NCBI GenBank assembly: GCA_040387455.1 | Contig: JAZKDS010000068.1 | Location: 1-32,387, forward strand | DNA length: 32,387 nucleotides | Direction: 5' to 3' | Source of the DNA: Bacteroidota bacterium | GTDB taxonomy: Bacteria; Bacteroidota; Bacteroidia; Flavobacteriales; Flavobacteriaceae | Shown: piece after piece, positions 1 to 7,690 of the stretch | Numbering within the stretch: position 1 is the first letter of the stretch | How the letters are laid out: each line of letters begins with the position of its first letter | Position numbers and translations under genes: made by a program | Notes under the pieces: model-generated | Databases searched by the model: none | What the model saw: the letters and a program-made list of their open reading frames with translations, nothing else | Told to the model about the DNA's origin: nothing

Positions 1-2
1 CT

Positions 3-1073
3 GTCGCCTGATGTTTCAGTAACAAACGATGTACGCTTATGGCTGATGAGGCGCTGGCCGTAATCTAAAATACGCAATTCTTCCAGCGGGTTAAGGCCCA
101 CATGACTATCGGTGCCAATGCTCCAGTTGCCGCCGTGATTTTTATAATCTTCAAACCTAAACAGCCCGTCGCCCAGGTTGCCCTCGGTACTGGGGCATAG
201 CACCACGTTAGCGCCACTTTTTGCAACACCGGTAACTTCGGCATCATCAAGATGCGTAGCGTGTACCAGGTGGTAATTTTTATCTACGGAGCAATTGTCA
301 AGCAGCCATTGCACCGGGCGTTTGTTATGAAACCCCTCGCAGTCTTCTATTTCCTTTAACTGCTCTGACACATGAATATGGAACGGCTTGCTGCCGTCAA
401 GGTTTTGGCATACGCTTATAACATCCTGGGGCTTAACGGCCCTTAACGAGTGTATACCAATGCCCACATTAGCGTGCGGTTGGTTTTGCACCACTTTTTC
501 GGTAGCGGCTAAAAGCTTGTAATAATCCTCTATAGTATTTGATATAAAACGCTTTTGGCGCTCTAAGGGAGCTTGCCCAAAACCGCCCTGCTGGTAAAAC
601 ATGGGCACCAGTGTAATGCGGATACCGGCCGTTTTAGCGGCGGCTACCAAACGTTCGCCCATCTCTGCAAGGTTGGCATACGGCGTACCGTTTTTATCGT
701 GGTGCAGGTAATGAAATTCGGCCACAGCGGTATACCCGTGGCGTGCCATTTCGCTATAGAGCATGGTGGCTACGGCCTGCATTTGTTCGGGCGAAAGGGT
801 AAGTGCCAACCCATACATTGCATTGCGCCAGCTCCAGAAATCGTCCTGGACACCGGTGGCCGAATGCAGTTCTGCTAATCCGGCCATAGCATACTGAAAT
901 GCATGTGAATGCGCGTTCTGGAAACCCGGCAACGCATAACCGTTAATGTATTCGCCCTGCGGGACATCTACCGCTGTAATCGAAACGATAGTACCCGCAG
1001 CATCAAGGGTTACCGCGGCATTTTGTATCCAGCCCTCCTGGGTAAGCAGGCCTTTAAAAGTATATTGAGCCAT
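3..1073 (-). CDS. hutF: Formimidoylglutamate deiminase (amidohydrolase superfamily), 3' end runs off the window
   Basis: Absent from the ORF track. Manual translation from ATG at 1073 gives MAQYTFKGLLTQEGW...ALPGFQNAHSHAFQYAMAGLAE, the HutF HxH metal-binding signature. Start overlaps the hutG stop (TAATG). Confidence 0.9.
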   Translation of the reverse strand, partial: MAQYTFKGLLTQEGWIQNAAVTLDAAGTIVSITAVDVPQGEYINGYALPGFQNAHSHAFQYAMAGLAELHSATGVQDDFWSWRNAMYGLALTLSPEQMQAVATMLYSEMARHGYTAVAEFHYLHHDKNGTPYANLAEMGERLVAAAKTAGIRITLVPMFYQQGGFGQAPLERQKRFISNTIEDYYKLLAATEKVVQNQPHANVGIGIHSLRAVKPQDVISVCQNLDGSKPFHIHVSEQLKEIEDCEGFHNKRPVQWLLDNCSVDKNYHLVHATHLDDAEVTGVAKSGANVVLCPSTEGNLGDGLFRFEDYKNHGGNWSIGTDSHVGLNPLEELRILDYGQRLISHKRTSFVTETSGD

Positions 1074-1870
1074 TATTTTGTAACGGTTTTTATAAGTTGG
1101 GTAAACACATCTTGCAGCACGGCGCGCATACGGTTGGCATTTGCCTCATCATAAGCTGTTTCAGCGGCATCCATGTAGTTGGTCTTGGCCATTTCAAGCT
1201 GCAGGGCGTGTATGTTGTTGTGCGGCTGGCCAAAGTGGCGCGTTATCTGCCCGCCCTTAAACGGGTGGTTGTGCTGCGCCTCATAGCTGCTGTTTTGCAA
1301 CACATTCCACGCGGCGTTGATTATTTCGGCAGACGCCGAAGCACCGTCGTTATCGCCTAAAATAAGTTCAGGGAACGCCTCTGCACGGATACCAGGCACA
1401 ACCTTTCTAATTGAATGTGCATCAAACAACAGGGCAACACCGAATTGTTTTTTTGTAGCTTCGAGTAATTCGGTTAGTTGGTTGTGGTAGGGAGTATAGT
1501 ATTTCTCTACGCGTTGAGCAATTTCGGCGGCATCGGGTTCGCCATACTCATATAATGGGTTACCGTTAAAATCGGTAGTGGTGCACAGGCCGGTAATCAC
1601 GCGCCCATCGGTATACAGGGGTTTGCTCTCTGGGTCGCGGTTCAGGTCTATAACCCAACGGCTGTAGTTGGCCTTTATCAGGGTAATGCCCATTGCGGGT
1701 GCAAAATCATACAGACGGTCTATAAACCAGTCGGTATCATCGGGCGCGGCGGCCATTTGTGGCTTTAAGCGTTGTTTTATATCATCGGGGAAATAGGTGC
1801 CGGAGTGCGGCGAACTTATTATAACAGGCACTTTTGGCGCCGTGGGCGCTGTGATATGGAAAATGTCCAT
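1073..1870 (-). CDS. hutG: N-formylglutamate amidohydrolase/deformylase
   Basis: Motifs SSPHSG, DTDWFID, SRWVIDLNR, PYH, DAHSIR, PFKGG, HALQLE; coupled to hutF. Confidence 0.92.
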   Translation of the reverse strand: MDIFHITAPTAPKVPVIISSPHSGTYFPDDIKQRLKPQMAAAPDDTDWFIDRLYDFAPAMGITLIKANYSRWVIDLNRDPESKPLYTDGRVITGLCTTTDFNGNPLYEYGEPDAAEIAQRVEKYYTPYHNQLTELLEATKKQFGVALLFDAHSIRKVVPGIRAEAFPELILGDNDGASASAEIINAAWNVLQNSSYEAQHNHPFKGGQITRHFGQPHNNIHALQLEMAKTNYMDAAETAYDEANANRMRAVLQDVFTQLIKTVTK

Positions 1871-1895
1871 CAGGGTTTGGTTTTTGTTAGCCTAA

Positions 1896-1903
1896 CAAAG
1901 GTA
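1896..1903 (-). promoter_or_regulatory. Bacteroidota sigma-70 -7 box (TACCTTTG) upstream of hutG
   Basis: Reverse complement of caaaggta matches TAnnTTTG, 25 nt before the hutG ATG. Confidence 0.6.
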
Positions 1904-1922
1904 ACAAATTAGGCTATAAACT

Positions 1923-2366
1923 TTAGTCCTTAAAGCCTGCCACTTTATATTCGCCGTTTGTGTACAGCACGCTAATTACAATACGTTCTTTTTCACCCTT
2001 AAATTCAACATCTACAGCCACCACAGTATACACAACAGGTATACACTGATCTAATATCTCTTTTCTTTCAGATAGTATCCTGGCCTCCATTTGAGGCACT
2101 TTGCGTTTGCCTTTATCTAATATAACTTCCTTGTAAAAATCTGTAACCTCCTTCTTGGTTATAAGTATCTCATCGCCATCTTTTACAAAAGGCAATGCCG
2201 TATAGGCAACAATCTTTTCAACATTCTCGCCAGACATTAGCTGTTCCGTCCAATCAACGGCCAGCATAACAGCTTTTTGATAGTGTTCTTTAACTTTGAT
2301 AGTGTCATTTTGCGCAAAAAGGCCGTTAAAAGAAAACAGCGCTGCTATAAATAAAATGTATTTCAT
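1923..2366 (-). CDS. Hypothetical exported protein, 147 aa
   Basis: Start re-called at ATG 2366 (MKYILFIAALFSFNGLFAQ, a Sec signal peptide with Q at +1). Lies 4 nt after the stop of the last array paralog. Confidence 0.75.
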   Translation of the reverse strand: MKYILFIAALFSFNGLFAQNDTIKVKEHYQKAVMLAVDWTEQLMSGENVEKIVAYTALPFVKDGDEILITKKEVTDFYKEVILDKGKRKVPQMEARILSERKEILDQCIPVVYTVVAVDVEFKGEKERIVISVLYTNGEYKVAGFKD

Positions 2367-2370
2367 ATGC

Positions 2371-3138
2371 TTAGTTTTTAGTTGGTTTTTCAAGGTCAGG
2401 CGCAACCTCTTCAAACTGAAGGTCAAGGTATTCCAAGGCAACAACGGGCAGCTGCATTTTTACCTTTTCGGCATTTTTTTCTTTTAAGGCTAATGCTATC
2501 AGTTCGTCTTCGGCGGCATAGTATAAAAATGCATCTACCATATCGGGCGCTATGCCCAGGTAGTTTATAATTTGGTCATCGCTATAAATATTCTGTATGC
2601 CCTCAATATTTTTAAGCAACTGCTCTGTTTTAAGTTCGCGGCGCAGCTGTTTGCGTTTTTCAGCACCGTTAAACACGGCATCAATGCCTACGGCAACGCC
2701 ACCACCCTGGTACTCCATAGTGTTTGCCTTAATTTTTGCACCGGTATTTACAGCCCTTTCGGCGGGGGTATATACCGCCAGCCTGCCCGGCTGATCGTTT
2801 ATTTTAATACTATCGGTAACCACTACCTCTTCAATTTCTTCTGCTTTTGGGGTAACCACCAGTATCCAGGGCATGTTTTTAAACCAGTCTTCGCCCACAT
2901 AAAATTGCTTCTCCTCTACTTTAGTGCTGTACACCACAAGCTTATCGCCGTTTTTTGCAGCAATGGTAAACTCGCCACGGGCATCGGTCTTTACCTCTGT
3001 ACCGGTGTTTTTATTGATAACAAACAAGCCCGGGGCAGGCACATCGGGGGCCATTACACGGCCTTTAAGGTTGGTGCGGGTTTGCCCTGACATGCACAGG
3101 CTAAACAGCATTAGTATAAACAAAAACTTGGTTTTCAT
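2371..3138 (-). CDS. CarboxypepD_reg-like domain exported protein, array paralog 8 (most distal)
   Basis: Signal peptide; LKGRV...VINKNTGTEVKTDARGEFTIAAKNGDKLVVYS; IEEVVV; TPAERA; FLYYAAED. Confidence 0.85.
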   Translation of the reverse strand: MKTKFLFILMLFSLCMSGQTRTNLKGRVMAPDVPAPGLFVINKNTGTEVKTDARGEFTIAAKNGDKLVVYSTKVEEKQFYVGEDWFKNMPWILVVTPKAEEIEEVVVTDSIKINDQPGRLAVYTPAERAVNTGAKIKANTMEYQGGGVAVGIDAVFNGAEKRKQLRRELKTEQLLKNIEGIQNIYSDDQIINYLGIAPDMVDAFLYYAAEDELIALALKEKNAEKVKMQLPVVALEYLDLQFEEVAPDLEKPTKN

Positions 3139-3160
3139 GGTTGGATGGTTTATTTGTATG

Positions 3161-3916
3161 TTATTTTGGCTCAGATGGTGTTTCTGTTTCTTCCTGCTGC
3201 AGTTTAAGGTAGTTTACGGCAAGTACACCCAGCAACAAACGGGCCTGTTCTTTATTATTGGTTGAAATGGCATGGGCAAGCTCAGTATCTTCGGCTGCAT
3301 AATACATAAAGGCCTCCGTTTTTTCGGCAGGTATGTGCAGGGTTTCTATAATCTCTTCATTGTTATATACTTTGCCTATGCCCTCTATAACACCCAGAAG
3401 CCTTTCGGTTTCGAGCTGGCTGCGCAGCACCTTTCTTTTTTTACCGTTAAACAACGGGTCCAGCTGTACCGCCAGCCCACCGCCTAACTCGCCCATATCG
3501 CGAATTTTTGTGTCGGCGCCAATGTTGGCACGGCGTTCGGCTACGGTTTTAACCGCCACACCCTGTACCGGCTGAATTACAGCCACCGTATCGGTAACAA
3601 TAACCTCTTCAATCTCTGATGCTTTTGGCACTACCGCCAGCACCCAGGGCATATCTTTAAACGATTCATCGCTAACATAAAACTTACGCTCTTCGGTAGT
3701 TTTGCTGTATACGGCCAGCTTATCGCCATTTTTTGCAGCAATGCTAAATTTGCCTTTGGCATCGGTCTCTGCCTCTGTACCCGTAGCTGTATTTATAATA
3801 TAAGCACCGGCAAGCGGCACATCGGCAGCCGTTACCATACCTTTAAGGGTATTGCGGGTTTGCCCGGCCATGCCCAGGGTAAGTAGTAGTACTATGTATA
3901 ATAGCTTAGTCTTCAT
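3161..3916 (-). CDS. CarboxypepD_reg-like domain exported protein, array paralog 7
   Basis: Same motif series (TDAKGKFSIAAKNGDKL, IEEVIV, TVAERR, LDPLFNG, FMYYAAED); closest to paralog 8. Confidence 0.85.
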   Translation of the reverse strand: MKTKLLYIVLLLTLGMAGQTRNTLKGMVTAADVPLAGAYIINTATGTEAETDAKGKFSIAAKNGDKLAVYSKTTEERKFYVSDESFKDMPWVLAVVPKASEIEEVIVTDTVAVIQPVQGVAVKTVAERRANIGADTKIRDMGELGGGLAVQLDPLFNGKKRKVLRSQLETERLLGVIEGIGKVYNNEEIIETLHIPAEKTEAFMYYAAEDTELAHAISTNNKEQARLLLGVLAVNYLKLQQEETETPSEPK

Positions 3917-4703
3917 GAGCAGGTTGTTGTGGTTGCTGCGCCGGGGTTTCGGCAGGATCAGCTTCTTCCTGTTGTAAAGTTAAGTATCTTTGGGCAAGTA
4001 CATACAGCTCCAGCTTTATACGTTCGTTATTTTTTTCTTTCATAACCTGCATCAGCACGGGGTCTTCTACAATATAAAACAAAAAAGCCTGCACTTTATC
4101 CGAAGGTATGCCCAGCACGCTTACTATTTGCTCTTCGTTATAAATATCTGTAATGCCCTCCATGGCCATTTGCCTGCGCTCTGTAGCCAGTTCTTTTTTA
4201 AGCATTTTTGTGCGCCCGGTTATGGCATTTATAATAGGATCTAACGGAAACGAAATACCCCCGCCTAAAAAAAACAGCAGCGACGGCTTAAACTCGCCGG
4301 CGGTTTTAAGGCGGCGTTCGGCTACGGTATAGCGTTTTTGGTTTTCGGGCAGGCCAAAGGCAGCCGGGCTAAGGCCCTGGGTAACTACTACCTCTTCAAT
4401 TTCATAGCTCTGTGGGTCTACCGCCAGCTCATAGGGTGGGTTTTTAAACGCATTGGCATCAATATAAAACTCGCGTACCACGGTTTTTTCGCTGTATACG
4501 GTAAGCCTGTCGCCATTGCGTGCAGGCATTTTAAACAGGCCTTTATTATCTGTTTTTACCTCTGTGCCTGTATTTTTATTGATGACAAAAATACCCGGTG
4601 CATTAACATCGGCTACGGTAACACGGCCCTGTAGCGTGTCGCGCTTTTGGGCAGCGGCATGCAGGCAAAACACAAGCAATATGGCTATCAGCTTAGTCTT
4701 CAT
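3906..4703 (-). CDS. CarboxypepD_reg-like domain exported protein, array paralog 6
   Basis: Signal peptide ending HAAA-Q; IEEVVV; TVAERRL; LDPIINAITGRTKMLKKE; FLFYIVED. Confidence 0.85.
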   Translation of the reverse strand: MKTKLIAILLVFCLHAAAQKRDTLQGRVTVADVNAPGIFVINKNTGTEVKTDNKGLFKMPARNGDRLTVYSEKTVVREFYIDANAFKNPPYELAVDPQSYEIEEVVVTQGLSPAAFGLPENQKRYTVAERRLKTAGEFKPSLLFFLGGGISFPLDPIINAITGRTKMLKKELATERRQMAMEGITDIYNEEQIVSVLGIPSDKVQAFLFYIVEDPVLMQVMKEKNNERIKLELYVLAQRYLTLQQEEADPAETPAQQPQQPAHED

Positions 4704-5469
4704 TGGTTACGTTTTGGGCAGGGGTTTGGGTGACAGCACCGGCTTCCTGCTGCAAAATAAGGTATTTATTTACTACAACAGCAAGCTCCAGCCTTATACG
4801 TTCGTCACTTTCTGAAAGAATACTATTAAGCGTTGTATCTTCGGCAGCAAAGTATAAAAAGCCAGTGGCTTTTTCGGGAGGTATGCCCAGCCGGGCAAGC
4901 TCATCCGGGGTATACACACCGCTTATTTTTTTGAATACTACCCCACCCCGCTCTGCAGCCATTTCCTTTTTAAGCATTTTAGTGCGGCCCGTTATAGCAT
5001 TAATAAAAGGGTCTAAGGAAAACGAGACGCCTAACGGTGGAATTATATGCAGATTGAAGTCTGTAGCTGTTTTAAGGCGGCGCTCTGCCACGGTATAGCG
5101 TTTTTGGTTTTTAGGCAGGCCAAAAGCTTCCGGCGCGAGTATTTCGCCTACCACCACCTCTTCTATCTCATAGCCCTGCGGGTCTACCTCCATGGCATAC
5201 GGTGGATTTTTAAATGCATTGGCATCAATATAAAACTCGCGCACCACGATTTTATCGCTGTATACGGTAAGCCTGTCGCCATTTTTAGCGGCAATTTTAA
5301 ACAAGCCCTTGTTATTTGTTTTAACCTCTGTACCCGTATTTTTATTGATAACAAACACGCCCGGTGCACCTGCGCCGGCCACTACTATATGCCCCTGCAG
5401 GGTATCGCGCTGCTGTGCAGCGGCATGCAGGTAAAACACAAGCAATATGGCTATACATTTAGTCTTCAT
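4693..5469 (-). CDS. CarboxypepD_reg-like domain exported protein, array paralog 5
   Basis: Near-identical to paralog 4 in the N- and C-terminal parts; middle segment resembles paralog 6. Confidence 0.85.
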   Translation of the reverse strand: MKTKCIAILLVFYLHAAAQQRDTLQGHIVVAGAGAPGVFVINKNTGTEVKTNNKGLFKIAAKNGDRLTVYSDKIVVREFYIDANAFKNPPYAMEVDPQGYEIEEVVVGEILAPEAFGLPKNQKRYTVAERRLKTATDFNLHIIPPLGVSFSLDPFINAITGRTKMLKKEMAAERGGVVFKKISGVYTPDELARLGIPPEKATGFLYFAAEDTTLNSILSESDERIRLELAVVVNKYLILQQEAGAVTQTPAQNVTNED

Positions 5470-6188
5470 CGGTTACGTTTGGGGCAGGGGTTTGATTTAC
5501 AACAGTGGTCTCCTGCTGCAAAATAAGGTATTTATTTGCCACAACAGCAAGTTCCAGCCTTATACGCTCGTCACTTTCTGAAAGAATACTGTTAAGCGTT
5601 GCATCTTCGGCGGCAAAGTATAAAAAGCCATCGGCTTTATCGGCCGGAATGCCCAGCCGGGTAGTAAGTTCATCGTGGGTATACACACCTTCTATTTTTT
5701 GGAACACCACTTCGCGTTGCTCTGTAGCCAGTTCTTTTTTAAGCATTTTTGTGCGGCCCGTTATGGCGTTAATAAACGGGTCCAGCGGCATAGAGCCTGC
5801 CAAAAGACCCAGGGCATATACCCACAACGGCCGGTTGCCGGCAGCAGTATACAGCCTGCGCCGGGCCACCGTATTTTGTTTTTGGCCCTTTGGCACAATA
5901 CCTAACGACTGTGCGGTAATGGTATGGTCTACAAACACCTCTTCTACCTCATAGCCCTGGGGCTCTACCTCCATGGCATAAGGTGGATTTTTAAACGCAT
6001 TGGCATCGATATAAAACTCGCGCACTACGGTTTTATTGCTGTATACGGTAAGCCTGTCGCCATTTTTAGCGGTAATTTTAAACAAGCCCTTGTTATTTGT
6101 TTTAACCTCTGTACCCGTATTTTTATTGATAACAAACACGCCCGGTGCACCTGCGCCGGCCACTACTATATGCCCCTGCAGGGTATCG
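5293..6188. repeat. Direct repeat between paralogs 5 and 4: 115-bp perfect identity (5293-5407 = 6074-6188) within about 300 bp of near identity
   Basis: Manual base-by-base comparison, offset 781 nt. Confidence 0.9.
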
Positions 6189-6250
6189 TGCTGCTGTGCA
6201 GCGGCATGCAGGCAAAACACAAGCAATATGGCTATAAGTTTAGTCTTCAT
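5459..6250 (-). CDS. CarboxypepD_reg-like domain exported protein, array paralog 4
   Basis: Signal peptide; VEEVFV; TVARRRL; LDPFINAITGRTKMLKKE; FLYFAAED. Confidence 0.85.
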   Translation of the reverse strand: MKTKLIAILLVFCLHAAAQQHDTLQGHIVVAGAGAPGVFVINKNTGTEVKTNNKGLFKITAKNGDRLTVYSNKTVVREFYIDANAFKNPPYAMEVEPQGYEVEEVFVDHTITAQSLGIVPKGQKQNTVARRRLYTAAGNRPLWVYALGLLAGSMPLDPFINAITGRTKMLKKELATEQREVVFQKIEGVYTHDELTTRLGIPADKADGFLYFAAEDATLNSILSESDERIRLELAVVANKYLILQQETTVVNQTPAPNVTDED

Positions 6251-6983
6251 TTACAGGTGAGGGTTGGGTAACGGGTGTATCGGCCTCTGTTTTAAGAGCT
6301 AAAAACGGGGTTGCCAAATCTATCATCAGGAGGTCTACCCGGGCATCATTGCCGGATTTAACCGCCTCTATAATGCGTGGGTCTTCTATTACATAAAACA
6401 AAAAGGCCGTTACCTGATCTATCGGGATTTTATATTTTGATGCAATTTCATCTTCGTTAAGAATGCCGTTGAGTGCCTCCATGGCCAGCTCCTTTTTTTC
6501 GGTAGCCAGCTCGCGCTCCAGCATTTTTTTACGCCCGCTAAGCAGGTTGAGCAATATATCGATCGGGCCGCTATCGGCAGCCGCCAACCGCCTTTCGGCT
6601 ACGGTAAGGCGTTTTTGGTTTTCGGGCACCAGCCCCAGGCTCTCGCTGGTTACGGTTTGGCGGTTTACCACCACCTCTTCTATCTGCTCTGCCTTAATTT
6701 CTACCGAAAGTACATAGGGCATGTTTACAAATGATGCCTGGCCCAGTACAAACTCCCGCACATTTACCTTGTTACTATAAACCACCAGCCTGTCGCCGGG
6801 CTTTGCGGCAATGCTAAAGCCGCCCTGAGCGTCGGTTTTAACCTCTGTACCGGTTTGCTTGTTGATTACAAATACTTCGGCCACTGCGGTATCGTCTACC
6901 ATTACCTTGCCCAACAGGGTTTGGCGTTCCTGGGCCATTGCCGGGAGCGCTATAAGCAATAGTATGTACAGCAGTTGTTTCAT
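6240..6983 (-). CDS. CarboxypepD_reg-like domain exported protein, array paralog 3
   Basis: Signal peptide AMA-Q; VINKQTGTEVKTDAQGGFSI; IEEVVV; ESLGLVP; TVAERRL; FLFYVIED. Confidence 0.85.
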   Translation of the reverse strand: MKQLLYILLLIALPAMAQERQTLLGKVMVDDTAVAEVFVINKQTGTEVKTDAQGGFSIAAKPGDRLVVYSNKVNVREFVLGQASFVNMPYVLSVEIKAEQIEEVVVNRQTVTSESLGLVPENQKRLTVAERRLAAADSGPIDILLNLLSGRKKMLERELATEKKELAMEALNGILNEDEIASKYKIPIDQVTAFLFYVIEDPRIIEAVKSGNDARVDLLMIDLATPFLALKTEADTPVTQPSPVNED

Positions 6984-7690
6984 TCTTCTTCTTTAAGCAT
7001 TTCTAAATATTTTAAGGACAGCTCGGCCAGGAGCAGCTTTGCCGCACCGGGCTGGTTGGCATTGAGCACTTGCGCCATGCGGTCGTCATCAACAGCATAA
7101 AAATAAAAGGCCTTGGCATACAGCTCCGGAATATGAAAATCTGACACCAGCTGCGCCTCGCTATACAAGCCCTGCAACATAACCAGGTGCATTTCTTTTA
7201 TGGCATACTTTGTTTTTATCTCTTCTAAAAACTTGCGGCCTTTGAGCAGGTTTATAAACCCGGTAAGGCCACTGGTATTGCCCTGATAGTTAAGCACCCT
7301 TTTTTTCTCGGGCGAATTACGCTTTTGCCCCTTTGGCACCAGCCCAAGGCCCTCAGAGGTTACGGTTTGCTCTATAACCACCTCTTCTATATTAAAGCCC
7401 CGGAGCTCTACCGCCATTATATAGGGCGGGTTTATAAACGAATCTGCACTGATATGAAACTCTCTTGGGTCTATAACATCGCTATACACTACCAGGGTTT
7501 GCCCCGGCTTTACGCCAATGCTAAAATTGCCCGATGCATCGGTTTTTACCTCTGTGCCCAGCTTTTTATTAATTACATACACATTAGCCATACCCACTGT
7601 ATCTGTAGTAATGCGGCCGCTAAGCATTGGCAAATCCTGCGCATATGCGGTAAAGGCAAGCAGTAACAGCCACAGCAACAGTTTATTCAT
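6980..7690 (-). CDS. CarboxypepD_reg-like domain exported protein, array paralog 2
   Basis: Signal peptide AYA-Q; VINKKLGTEVKTDASGNFSI; IEEVVI; EGLGLVP; FYFYAVDD. Confidence 0.85.
   Translation of the reverse strand: MNKLLLWLLLLAFTAYAQDLPMLSGRITTDTVGMANVYVINKKLGTEVKTDASGNFSIGVKPGQTLVVYSDVIDPREFHISADSFINPPYIMAVELRGFNIEEVVIEQTVTSEGLGLVPKGQKRNSPEKKRVLNYQGNTSGLTGFINLLKGRKFLEEIKTKYAIKEMHLVMLQGLYSEAQLVSDFHIPELYAKAFYFYAVDDDRMAQVLNANQPGAAKLLLAELSLKYLEMLKEEE

Noticed and set aside
4258-4274. C5 and A8 homopolymers in the variable segment of paralog 6 as a phase-variation switch
   Set aside because: Short tracts are common in this AT-rich sequence and the gene is in frame.
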